Positions 28,325 to 40,600 of a DNA stretch of 64,000 bases are shown piece after piece. The first letter of the stretch is position 1. Each line of letters opens with the position of its first letter. Below the pieces are notes generated by a model that did no database searches, was not told the origin of the DNA, and saw only the letters and a list, made by a program, of their open reading frames with translations. The translations under genes were made by a program, and so were the position numbers. The DNA is taken from the NCBI RefSeq assembly GCF_002571385.2, contig NW_019217814.1, positions 155,509 to 219,508 on the forward strand, written 5' to 3'. Source of the stretch: Stylophora pistillata (lineage: Eukaryota).

Positions 28325-29815
28325 AAACCACAAGATTCTCAAACTGGACAAAAGCAATTAAGTGGAACATTGCATTGTATTTCTGTTAAGGATGAAGCAA
28401 GGAAGGAAGGCAGAGTTGATTTGGGCTATGAAAGTGGTTGGTTCAAAAAGGTTGTGTGTAACAGAATCACAGCATTACTAAAGTGTGGCAGATGTAGTCT
28501 TAAATTATTCATTCTAGCACTGAAAATTAATTTTTTTCTCTTTTGACAGCAACATGTTACAAATTAAAACAAAACACAATTTGTTCAAATGAAATAACAT
28601 ATTGTGTCACAGGAGTTTAGCTGCAAATGAATGTCTTGTCGTTTACCATAATTCATTACTCCATCAGATAGCGAAAACGTACAGAAGAATTTGATATGTG
28701 CATGAGATTTTTTTTCATCGTTCAGAATTATCTCCATTCAAAGTAAAAACTCAGAAACTGTTGAGATAAGTTATGTAAGATATTCACACCAAATTTTTTA
28801 AATTGTGAGCCTCAGCACATTGTAACAGAAGCCACATTACCGAAGGTGGCAGTTGCTTGTTGAGCAGTGTTGTATTCTTTGTAGAGATTCCTCCATAAAA
28901 TTGTCACTAACCTTTCTCTTCATGCACTATACACCTGACATTTGAGCAGACATTAAGTTATAAGATAAGTCAGCAATTTACTTACAGTATTGCTGGGATT
29001 GGAGATGAATTGTAGCTACTTCTTTACGCAACAATAGCGGTCCGGAAGTGTGTATAAACATTTACATCGCAATATTACAGTAGCGCTGGTAGCGTGCCGA
29101 TCGGCGTTGCAATGAATAAATTTGTGTAGCGACCCGTATGTAGGTGATGACGCAACGAAGGCATCGTGACCTAAAATTTGAGCGCCAAAGTGTAGCGAAG
29201 TGAAGTTTTAGGATTGAGTTGAGAATATGGTGGAAGGGCTATGGGTTCTCGCGAATAAACTTCGAAATTTGCAAATATAAGAAAGAGATTACTAAGATCA
29301 GTAGGATTGACATCGGTACTATAAAAGAGCTAAGTATAAAACCAATAAGTAGGTAGCGAGTGTATTTCCACAAAGCAGACGACTTCAAAGCAATAGAAAG
29401 CAGATATTTTTTCAAAGCAACAAAGTAGACGATCGATTGATCGATAGATACATAATACAGATCCAAACGATCTTACATGAAGTCTAGAAGTGTCTAAGGT
29501 GAAAGGAAATAAGGTAAGAGCGTTAAAATCTAAGAAAGAAAATTAAAAAAAAAAAGAAAAAAAAGGAATGTGGTATTGGTTGGATGCAACAGCTGGAGTT
29601 CGAACTCTTATCGTTAGATTACCAGTCCAGCGCCCTAAAGCTGTACCATGAAATTTTATAAGCGATACCCACAAACGCCTCCGCATACGTGGCGTGAGCA
29701 TGTTGAAGTTGAAGTTGGCGAACCGTTCGATTGATTTATCACCGATCTAAATCGTGGATCTATTTTGCCTTTCAAACTGGAATGTAAGGAGGCTACTTAA
29801 ACGAACATTGTTAAT

Positions 29816-29816
<1 letters not shown>

Positions 29817-29868
<52 letters not shown>
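29817..29868. repeat. (TGCT)n microsatellite
   Basis: Direct reading. Confidence 0.95.
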
Positions 29869-30905
29869 AAGAACATATACCAAAGCAGTAATAGACATAA
29901 GTTATTTCACAGTTNNNNNNNNNNNNNNNNNNNNNNNNNNNNNNNNNNNNNNNNNNNNNNNNNNNNNNNNNNNNNNNNNNNNNNNNNNNNNNNNNNNNNN
30001 NNNNNNNNNNNNNNNNNNNNNNNNNNNNNNNNNNNNNNNNNNNNNNNNNNNNNNNNNNNNNNNNNNNNNNNNNNNNNNNNNNNNNNNNNNNNNNNNNNNN
30101 NNNNNNNNNNNNNNNNNNNNNNNNNNNNNNNNNNNNNNNNNNNNNNNNNNNNNNNNNNNNNNNNNNNNNNNNNNNNNNNNNNNNNNNNNNNNNNNNNNNN
30201 NNNNNNNNNNNNNNNNNNNNNNNNNNNNNNNNNNNNNNNNNNNNNNNNNNNNNNNNNNNNNNNNNNNNNNNNNNNNNNNNNNNNNNNNNNNNNNNNNNNN
30301 NNNNNNNNNNNNNNNNNNNNNNNNNNNNNNNNNNNNNNNNNNNNNNNNNNNNNNNNNNNNNNNNNNNNNNNNNNNNNNNNNNNNNNNNNNNNNNNNNNNN
30401 NNNNNNNNNNNNNNNNNNNNNNNNNNNNNNNNNNNNNNNNNNNNNNNNNNNNNNNNNNNNNNNNNNNNNNNNNNNNNNNNNNNNNNNNNNNNNNNNNNNN
30501 NNNNNNNNNNNNNNNNNNNNNNNNNNNNNNNNNNNNNNNNNNNNNNNNNNNNNNNNNNNNNNNNNNNNNNNNNNNNNNNNNNNNNNNNNNNNNNNNNNNN
30601 NNNNNNNNNNNNNNNNNNNNNNNNNNNNNNNNNNNNNNNNNNNNNNNNNNNNNNNNNNNNNNNNNNNNNNNNNNNNNNNNNNNNNNNNNNNNNNNNNNNN
30701 NNNNNNNNNNNNNNNNNNNNNNNNNNNNNNNNNNNNNNNNNNNNNNNNNNNNNNNNNNNNNNNNNNNNNNNNNNNNNNNNNNNNNNNNNNNNNNNNNNNN
30801 NNNNNNNNNNNNNNNNNNNNNNNNNNNNNNNNNNNNNNNNNNNNNNNNNNNNNNNNNNNNNNNNNNNNNNNNNNNNNNNNNNNNNNNNNNNNNNNNNNAT
30901 TTACA

Positions 30906-30906
<1 letters not shown>

Positions 30907-30949
<43 letters not shown>

Positions 30950-30959
30950 CTGCTTGCTC
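30907..30959. repeat. (TGCT)n microsatellite
   Basis: Direct reading; lies across the N-gap from the first copy. Confidence 0.95.
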
Positions 30960-32466
30960 AAGAGCCAGCCAAAAACTTTCAGTACTCGATCGGTAAGCTG
31001 GGAAACACAATGATGCATTCCATGCCAAGCTTATTAAATTTCTTTGAGTATATATAATTGAACTCTATTTCAGATAATAAGCTAAGATTCAAATTGATAG
31101 AAGGTGACTAATACATGCTTTGGTAATAAATGGTAATAATTTGGTAATAATCTATCCTAGATGTTGTTACATGAACAAATTCGTTAGAAATCAGTACTAA
31201 GAGTGTATTGGAAATGAGTTATTTCCATATTTCCCGGCCATGAATTTGCATGAGTTGAAAAATTGATGGCAAAAGCTACAAGAAATCCATTGTTCTCGTG
31301 CATGCATGCAGGTGCCATCAATTGAAAAAGAAAAATTCCTGGGAAAGTTGGAATAAGTACAATGGTGTTGGAATTGCTTCAGGATTAATGCTGAAACCTG
31401 GGAGTTCAGGAACGACCCATCCATAATGGTTTGGTCAATGATATTGTTCGGTGCTTTTTAAATTAGGGAGAGGTTGCTTCAATATAGCACATCCACCAAA
31501 GAAAGAAAAAAGAAAGGTTTGAAGAGAGTTTTGTGTGATTGAATCATAGATCCTGTAAGATTCCTTGAACAATTAATGCCCATGCCTGACTCAGTGATTT
31601 GATGAATGAAAAAATTTGCTAACCAAAAAGTTGCTTCCTGTTCTGCCAAGAGTATTAGTGCTCAGAAAGAACCAGAAAGTAACATTCACTTGTTTTACTA
31701 AATGCTGTAGATTTATCTATCAACCTTTAAATGAAATAGTGGGTTCATTTACAATAATTTGTAATAAGGGGAAAGGAAGGGTGTTAAAAGTGTGAAATGA
31801 TGAAAATGAAATGTTACTGCCTGCCTGCGAAATAAAATTTTGACCTGCCTGATATTGGGTCAGACTTTTCTTAACTTAATATGATTACATTGAAATTAAA
31901 ATGAAAATAAAGACAAAAATACATGAGAAAAGAATAGAAGGAAAATGAAAGATTTTATTTTTAATGGAGCAAAAGTCCTAGAAAGAGTTTATAACTTTAC
32001 AAACAATAATGCAGAACTAGTTAAGTTTGGTTAAAGTTACCTGATTGTCACATAAAGCTCAATATAGCAATCTTTTGTGTCCATCAAATCGCAAAGAAAC
32101 CTTTCGGTTTTTTTTGTTTNNNNNNNNNNNNNNNNNNNNNNNNNNNNNNNNNNNNNNNNNNNNNNNNNNNNNNNNNNNNNNNNNNNNNNNNNNNNNNNNN
32201 NNNNNNNNNNNNNNNNNNNNNNNNNNNNNNNNNNNNNNNNNNNNNNNNNNNNNNNNNNNNNNNNNNNNNNNNNNNNNNNNNNNNNNNNNNNNNNNNNNNN
32301 NNNNNNNNNNNNNNNNNNNNNNNNNNNNNNNNNNNNNNNNNNNNNNNNNNNNNNNNNNNNNNNNNNNNNNNNNNNNNNNNNNNNNNNNNNNNNNNNNNNN
32401 NNNNNNNNNNNNNNNNNNNNNNNNNNNNNNNNNNNNNNNNNNNNNNNNNNNNNNNNNNNNNNNNNA

Positions 32467-33724
32467 GAGTGAGACACACGCGCGAAAGAAGGGGTGAGGC
32501 TTGTACTGACGCATGCCACTTCCACCAAACGCATGAGAACGCGACCAAAATGGAATCCCAGGTTCACTAGACCCAAGGAAGTTCGGGAATAGACGCGCTA
32601 CTCCGGGAAATCAAGGGCGTCGGAGTGGCATGCGTCAGAGTGAGACACACGCGCGAAAGAAGGGGTGAGGCTTGTACTGACGCATGCCACTTCCACCAAA
32701 CGCATGAGAACGCGGACAAAATGGAATCCCAGGTTCACTAGACCCAAGAGAGTTGGGGAATAGACGCGCAACTCCGGGAAATCAGGGGCGCAGGAGTGAC
32801 ATGCGTGAGAGTGAGAGGCTGAGCACTAGGTGGCACATGCACGAAACAAGGGGTGAGGCTTGCACTCACGCATGCCACTTCCACGAAACGCATGACAACG
32901 CGGCCAAAATGGAATCCCAGGTTTACTAGACCCAAAGAACTTCGGGAATAGACGCGCAACTCCGGGAAATCAGGGGTGCCGGAGTAGCATGCGTGAGAGT
33001 GAGACATATGCTCGAAAGGAGGGGTGAGGCTTGCACTCACGCATGCCACTTCCAGGAAACGCATGACAACGCGGCCAAAATGAAATCCCACTTTCACTAC
33101 ACCCAAGGTAGTTCGGGAATAGACGCGCAACTCCGGGAAATCAGGAGCGCCGGAGGGGCATGCGTGAGAGTGAGAGGCTGAGCACTAGGTGGCACATGCG
33201 CGAAAGAAGGGGTGAGGCTTGTACTCACGCATGCCACTTCCCCAAAACGCATGACAACGCGGCCAAAATGGAATGCCAGGTTCACTATACCCAAGGGAGT
33301 TCAGGAATAGACGCGCAACTCCGGGAAATCAAGGACGCCGGAGTGGCATGCGTCAGAGTGAGAGGCTGTGCACTAGGGGGCACATGCTCGAGAGAAGGGG
33401 TGAGGCTTGTATTCACGCATGCCACTTCCACGAAACGCATGAGAACGCGGCTAAAATGCAATCCCAGGTTCAATAGACCCAAGGGAGTTCGGGAATAGAC
33501 GAGCAACTCCGGGAAATCAGGGGCGCCGGAGAGGCATGAGTGAGACTGAGAGGCGGTGCACCAGGAGGCACATGCGCGAAAGAAGGGGTGAGGCTTGTAC
33601 TGACGCATGCCACTTCCATGAAACGCATGAGAACGCGGTCAAAATGGAATCACAGGTTCACTAGACCCAAGGGAGTTTGGGAATAGACGCGCAACTCCGG
33701 GAAAAGAGGGGCGCAGGAGTGGCA
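32467..33724. repeat. GC-rich satellite array, about 7 units of 188 or 171 bp, running into an N-gap
   Basis: GGGGTGAGGCTTG recurs at 32491, 32662, 32850, 33021, 33209, 33397 and 33585. Confidence 0.92.
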
Positions 33725-34129
33725 AAACAGAAAACTTGCTACATCCCACATAAGTACCCTGTTCCGCAAGAAAAAGATGATTTAAGAATATATATTTACA
33801 ATGATAATAATACGTATGATGCATGATCCTCGCAGTAGAGAGCGCTATTTATGCGTATCTAATACGTATCTAATACCGCAGTTCAAAATATATTAACTTC
33901 ATATATACATTGTAAATGATAATAATATTAGCGATAATAATTTAAAGGGATTAGCTCCATGGTTCTCCTACCCCCTAGCAGGCTCCAATAATGACTACTT
34001 ATGCTTCTTGTAATTTCGCCTGTTAATTAGAAATAATTTTTTTTTAATTTCATTGCAACACTCCTTTTCGCTGACTCTCACGTAAGAACAGCATGAAAAA
34101 TACATTCACACCAATCGTCACTCACCAAT

Positions 34130-35520
34130 CGTCACTCACGTTTGGAATCTGTCGCTGTCTACTCATACATGGCCAGACTCCTGGAAGAGGGCAAATGTTA
34201 ATCCTCTCCCCAAAGTGAACATGCCTATAGAGGACTCAGACTACCGTGGTATTAATGTTACTCCCGTTATTGCCCGGTTGTTCGAGAGGGTCGTGTATCG
34301 TACACAAGCAGTCAGTCATTGAGAACAACCTCAGCCACACCCAATTTGTGGGTAGTTGCACAAATGCTTTGCTCGCTATCCAGCACCAGACATGCAAGTA
34401 TTTAGATAGTAGTGACTGTAGCGCGGTGCGAATTTTTACCATGGACTTCAGTAAGGTTTTCGATTTTGTCAACCATGCTATTTTGTCTGCCAAACTGAAA
34501 CAGCTACCTCTAAATCTGTACATTATCGATTGCTATCATAGTTTCCTCTATGCAAGACAACAACGTGTTGTTAGTTATAATTTTTAGGACAGTGGAAATC
34601 TGTCAATAGAGGAACCACACAAGGTAGTGTAAGCGGACCGTATCTTTTTAATATATTTTTGAATGATTTGAAGATTTTTTCAATGGTTGCACTGTGCTTT
34701 TTAAATATGCCGATGACTCCACTATTCTTTCGCCTATCACTAGGAATAGTGACCCGTCTGCCGACATAGTAGGACAGTTCTTAACATGGTGTAAAGACAA
34801 TAGAATGGTCTGCAACCCTTGCAAATGTAAAGAGCTGGTTGTTAGAAAGAAAAATCATAATGTAATCTACTCTCCAATTCATAATATTCCCCAATGTAAT
34901 ACCTTCGTTTTACTAGGAGTAACTTTACAGAGTGACGGAAAATTTGATGAGCATGTAAGATTTACATGTAAGCTTGTCAAAGCAAACAGGTGTTTACACG
35001 TCCTACGAACATTGAGAAAGGAACATTACTCTCAGGCAGAGATTGATCATCTTTTATATCCATTTTTTTGCCTAATTTTAGCTATGCACTTTCAGTCTAT
35101 GGGGCATCTGAGTCCGAAATTACGGTTGTACAAAATTTTTTAGACCGATGTCATAAACGCCGTTTCATCTCATTTCCAGTTTTTGTCAAGAACCTTTTAA
35201 ACAAACAAGACCGAAACATTTTGAAGAAACTAAAATCAACGGATTGCCACCCCCTGCAAGACATTATTCCTGTCCAAAAGACATACGTACATAATCGTAG
35301 GAAAAAAGGCTGCACACGCCCGAAAATTAATACACAGCGCTTTATGAACACCTTTGTAAAAATAGGTTGACATTTAAGCTCCATTTATTGAAATGACATA
35401 CTTTTTAATTTATAATATGTATGTAGATTTCTGTTGTAGTTTTTCCGAATTCATTGTAACATAAGATATGTAGTTTTATCTTATGATGGAATAAAGACTT
35501 TATTATTATTATTATAATAA
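34130..35520 (+). mobile_element. Degenerate L2/CR1-group LINE fragment (same family as 25310-26375)
   Basis: MDFSKVFD, KYADDST, PNFSYALSVYG motifs across frameshifts; AATAAA followed by a (TTA)n tail. Confidence 0.85.
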
Positions 35521-37649
35521 TAATATTGATTGGTTGATTTTAAAATGTTAGCGTAGACGATAACTGGAAGTAAATAGACCTTGTCAGCTACACGGTCAAG
35601 TGGTTTGAAATGAGTTTAAAAAAAAATTCAAATTGGACGAAATTCCTACTTCTCTTGCCACGCTCTGGTTATATGATCGGCGGCCAGTCAAGGTTCTCAA
35701 ATGACTAAATGATATATATTTTTTAATTAACCAAACAGAAAGAACTACACTATCCAAACTTTTATACGTCGACGAGGAGCTACTAAGCGATCCCGAAGTG
35801 ATTTACAAATCTGATCTCCAACGCTCACTGACTGCGTTTCCTTTTATGTCATCTCCGGTCANNNNNNNNNNNNNNNNNNNNNNNNNNNNNNNNNNNNNNN
35901 NNNNNNNNNNNNNNNNNNNNNNNNNNNNNNNNNNNNNNNNNNNNNNNNNNNNNNNNNNNNNNNNNNNNNNNNNNNNNNNNNNNNNNNNNNNNNNNNNNNN
36001 NNNNNNNNNNNNNNNNNNNNNNNNNNNNNNNNNNNNNNNNNNNNNNNNNNNNNNNNNNNNNNNNNNNNNNNNNNNNNNNNNNNNNNNNNNNNNNNNNNNN
36101 NNNNNNNNNNNNNNNNNNNNNNNNNNNNNNNNNNNNNNNNNNNNNNNNNNNNNNNNNNNNNNNNNNNNNNNNNNNNNNNNNNNNNNNNNNNNNNNNNNNN
36201 NNNNNNNNNNNNNNNNNNNNNNNNNNNNNNNNNNNNNNNNNNNNNNNNNNNNNNNNNNNNNNNNNNNNNNNNNNNNNNNNNNNNNNNNNNNNNNNNNNNN
36301 NNNNNNNNNNNNNNNNNNNNNNNNNNNNNNNNNNNNNNNNNNNNNNNNNNNNNNNNNNNNNNNNNNNNNNNNNNNNNNNNNNNNNNNNNNNNNNNNNNNN
36401 NNNNNNNNNNNNNNNNNNNNNNNNNNNNNNNNNNNNNNNNNNNNNNNNNNNNNNNNNNNNNNNNNNNNNNNNNNNNNNNNNNNNNNNNNNNNNNNNNNNN
36501 NNNNNNNNNNNNNNNNNNNNNNNNNNNNNNNNNNNNNNNNNNNNNNNNNNNNNNNNNNNNNNNNNNNNNNNNNNNNNNNNNNNNNNNNNNNNNNNNNNNN
36601 NNNNNNNNNNNNNNNNNNNNNNNNNNNNNNNNNNNNNNNNNNNNNNNNNNNNNNNNNNNNNNNNNNNNNNNNNNNNNNNNNNNNNNNNNNNNNNNNNNNN
36701 NNAGATAGTGATTCATGGTCATGATCGAGTATATAGCGGTGTTCTGCTTGCTTGCTCGTTAGCTTGCTTGGTTAAGGGGGCTCGAAAAAAGGTTAAGCAC
36801 CACTCTAGCTAGGCAGATGAAAACAGGCTCCTATTCATAAATACTAGGGCTCATTAAAACGCTACCGATGACTAGAGAACGGACATAGTAGACTGAAGAA
36901 GTTTATTTCTTTGCATTATGAATAATTCCATTTAAGATCAAAAAAATGTTCAAATCACTTTTCAGATCTGGACCATAAAAGTTGTCGGAGAAACTTCATT
37001 CTATCAATAAGAATTTAGCCCGATAATTCATGATTCATTTGTAATTTTCTTTCGATATCAACATTTCAAATTCTAACTTTCATTTTGTAAGTAATGATTC
37101 CCAAGTTTTGAACACGAAAATTCATGGTATCTTCCCCATGGTCCTTCTTATTTAATCACTGTGATTCATTCTTGTTCGTGGTTCATGATTCCGCTTTCAT
37201 CTCAATCTGCTAACGGATGTCGTAAAAAAGACCTATTTCAATCCATTTGAAGTATCGACAGATGCTTCTTTAGAATTATAAGAAAGCTAAGCGAGGTTTG
37301 TGACTCTACATTTTCCGCCACTTAAACGATTCAAAACAATGGATTGGAAGATGTATGAAAACAATCAAAGCAATGACATGTGGATAATTTTTTGGCATAT
37401 TTTTCCTTTTTCCTTTAGCATAAGAATGATGACTTTTTTTTTATAATACATTACTTCAATAAATTGACGGTGGTTTATCAGAAAGGTCAAAATATTTCTG
37501 CGAGAGGCTTGTTGATAGGACCCCGGTGCGCGTGATATCGAAAAGCGCGGTTGCACAGGCGTTCTCTGTGACGCAACGTTTACCATTTCCCGCGAAATTG
37601 TAAAAACGATAAAACAGTATTTAAGAGATCAGATTGAAAAATTTTGTTA

Positions 37650-40600
37650 ATGGATCCAGAGGAAGTGAAAGTTGTTGGTAAGGAGCGATTTAGTACAAAA
37701 TCATACTGCAGTCATGGAGAATATAACTTTACCTTTCTCGCTTTTTCTTGTTCGTAGTTTATGCGGCTCGAAATCTACAGCCCAAGAAAGGAGAAAGTAA
37801 GTCGATGTGTCTTCCACACCCAGTGTGAAGTGTTTGCGCGTGGGTCTCCATGTTGTTAACAAAAACTTCTTGTTGTAATCTTCCAGGTGTATGTAATGCA
37901 TCGGTTGTTTTTGGCATTGGCAAGCACAAATATCGAACGGAGTCCGTTCGAGACAACGATCCGACTTGGAACGAGGAAACTACGATGTGAGTGTCATGTT
38001 TCTTGTTATTTTCTTTGAAAAAATACGAATATATTGATATCATCAATTTTGTGTTCATTTCTACCAAAGAGAAAATTATACTGGAATATTCGATAAATGG
38101 TCATAGAAATGAACAAAAGGCAATAATTCTGTCTGAAATATAAGAACCATCCTTCTAAATGCGAATTAATTGTGCTTTTCTTATGTAAATCAAAAATCGA
38201 AAGTTAATGCTAAGCAAACAGCGTCATTTCATGCTTTAAACAATTTTAATCAAGGCGAAAGGAGTTACTGACTTGTTTAATTTTTTTTTAATTGAAAGTT
38301 CTTTATTTCTGTTTGGTCATTCGCCCATGCCGTACTGATGAGCGAAAACTTCGTATTTATCGGAAACTGTAATAACGATTTATGGGACTGTTTCTGTATA
38401 TATTATCTATTCTTATACTATTTACGTTAATAAGAAACATCTGCCTTTAAATTTTGGTCTTTCAAGACTAGTGAACTGTGATTACACATGTTTTTTTATC
38501 CTTTCACTAGCTCTGGAGAATTGGTATCGAGAATTCATAATTGACGCTGGATAGTTACAATCTCCAATCACTCTAAAGCTTCTAACACACTTTTACTAAG
38601 GAAGATTCAGCCAAGCTCACCGAAAAAAAAAAATACAAACAACTCAGATCGAAAGGAATCAAAACAAAAAGAAAACAGTAGAAAAAAAAATATCAACGCA
38701 ACTTATCTTAAATTTTACCAAAAAGAAGGGAACAAAAGTCACGAAACAATTAAAACTAAAGATCACGTTGATTATACGTTATGCAAATTATCTTAGTGGT
38801 AAACAGTTGAGAAGGGGGGGAGGGGTGGGGAATCGACAGGTTATTCTTGGGACTAGCTCTCGCTCATAACGCGTCTCCAAAGTATTTCAAAAATTTGCAC
38901 CAATGTTAAAAAAATAATCTCTTATTTGTTCTCGCTCTTTTTAATGAGTTCGTTTGTCCAAATTGACTCAGTTTCTTTTAAGTATATCTGTATTCACTGA
39001 CACCTAAGGTCAAAAACAACAGCCAAATTTTTTCAATACTACACCGTCTTGTTAATGTTGTTAATGATGAACTCGCAAAAGTGGGTGACTGGTTGGACGC
39101 AAACAAACTTTCTCTTAACACTAGTAAATCTAACTTTGTTATTTTCCATCCTTACCAACGCAAATTGGACTACATAGTTCACTTGAAAATTTATAATAAC
39201 GATCTTAAAAAAAGTGTATCTCTAGAACAAAAAACTTTTGTGAAATATCTAGGAATTCTGATAGATAATAACCTCTCTTGGAAGTATCATATTGATTATA
39301 TCTCATCTAAAGTTAGTAAAGGAATTGGTATAATTGCCAGGTTAAGACATCTTGTCCCATTTGCCACACTTCTTAACATCTACCGCTCCTTAATTGAACC
39401 CTATATCTCTTATGGTCTTATTGCCTGGGGACAAGCTGCTAACACTCATTTAAATAAGGTTCTCATTTTACAAAAACGTGCTCTACGACTAATGTATTTT
39501 GCGGATAGCAAAACTCATAGTGCCCCGCTATTTGTTAACTCCAGAATCTTACCAATAACTATGCTCTATTCTCATTTGGTTTCCTCTTTGATGCATGACA
39601 TTGATAATCACCGTGCCCCGTCTAATATTTCTATGCTCTTTCTCCACTCCGAGCAGGTTCATCACCATTTCACAAGATTCTCAGCAACGGCTAATCTATA
39701 CGTTAAAGCGTCTAGAACTAACCAACTTTTATTTTCTTTTGCTAGAATAGGTGTAAGATTGTGGAATAGCATCCCAAAAGAACTTCGTATTAAAAACAGA
39801 ACCCCGTTTAAGCGTGAACTTAAAAATCGCCTGTTAAAACTTTTGGAAAATGAGGAGATGAATGTTGATATACGCTGCTCAGAAATTTGTAAATATCTCT
39901 TGATAAAGTAACTCTTCGTTTAAGTCTTGTTTCAATTGTATTATATATCTTGATANCCATGATGAATAAGTCTATCTCAACGGGTATTTATCCCCATCTT
40001 TTGAAGCATGCCAAAGTAATTCCTATCTACAAATCGGGAGACGAAACTGATCCATGTAATTACCGCCCAATTTCCCTCCTTTCTGTCTTCAATCGATTAT
40101 TTGAGAAATTGATGGCTAAACGTCTTAAATCACATTGCGAAAAAAATGGTATCTTTTTTACTTCTCAATATGGATTTAGAGACAAGTGTTCAACCCAACA
40201 TGCAATTTTAGATATCTTAAGCAAAATTCAAACTAATATTGATGCAAAGTTATTCTCTTGTGGTATTTTTATTGACCTAAAAAAGGCATTTGATACGGTG
40301 GATCACTCAATCTTACTGCACAAATTATATCATTATGGAGTCAGAGGAATAATTAATAACTGGTTCTCTTCGTACTTGTTGAACAGGAACCAGTCGACTC
40401 AAATTGGTTCAACCGTATCGAATATAGAAGAGATAGTTTGTGGTGTCCCTCAAGGGTCTGTACTTGGCCCCCTTCTCTTTTTGATTTATGTTAACGACAT
40501 TTACCGTTGCTCCCAGATTTTTGAGTTTTACCTATTTGCTGACGATACTAACTTGCTTTATTCAAACAAAGATCTTAAGGATCTTGAAAAAGTTGTTAAT

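Noticed and set aside
29575-29650. tRNA-like sequence on the minus strand
   Set aside because: No complete cloverleaf can be drawn; probably a decayed SINE head.
32467-33724. Possible CRISPR-like array
   Set aside because: Whole units are homologous with no unique spacers, there are no cas genes, and the context is eukaryotic.
29816-36724. Long ORFs of 130-413 aa in the ORF track spanning N runs or the satellite
   Set aside because: They are artefacts of N-gaps, microsatellites and tandem repeats.
38324-38350. CCCATGCCGTACTGATGAGCGAAA, a hammerhead-like core
   Set aside because: There is no helix II or III and no cleavage triplet; at most a truncated remnant.
39057-39956. Apparently exact 0.9-kb tandem duplication of the LINE 3' half
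   Set aside because: The copies look identical and are joined at a single N (39956), so this is most likely a scaffolding artefact. Long reads would decide.
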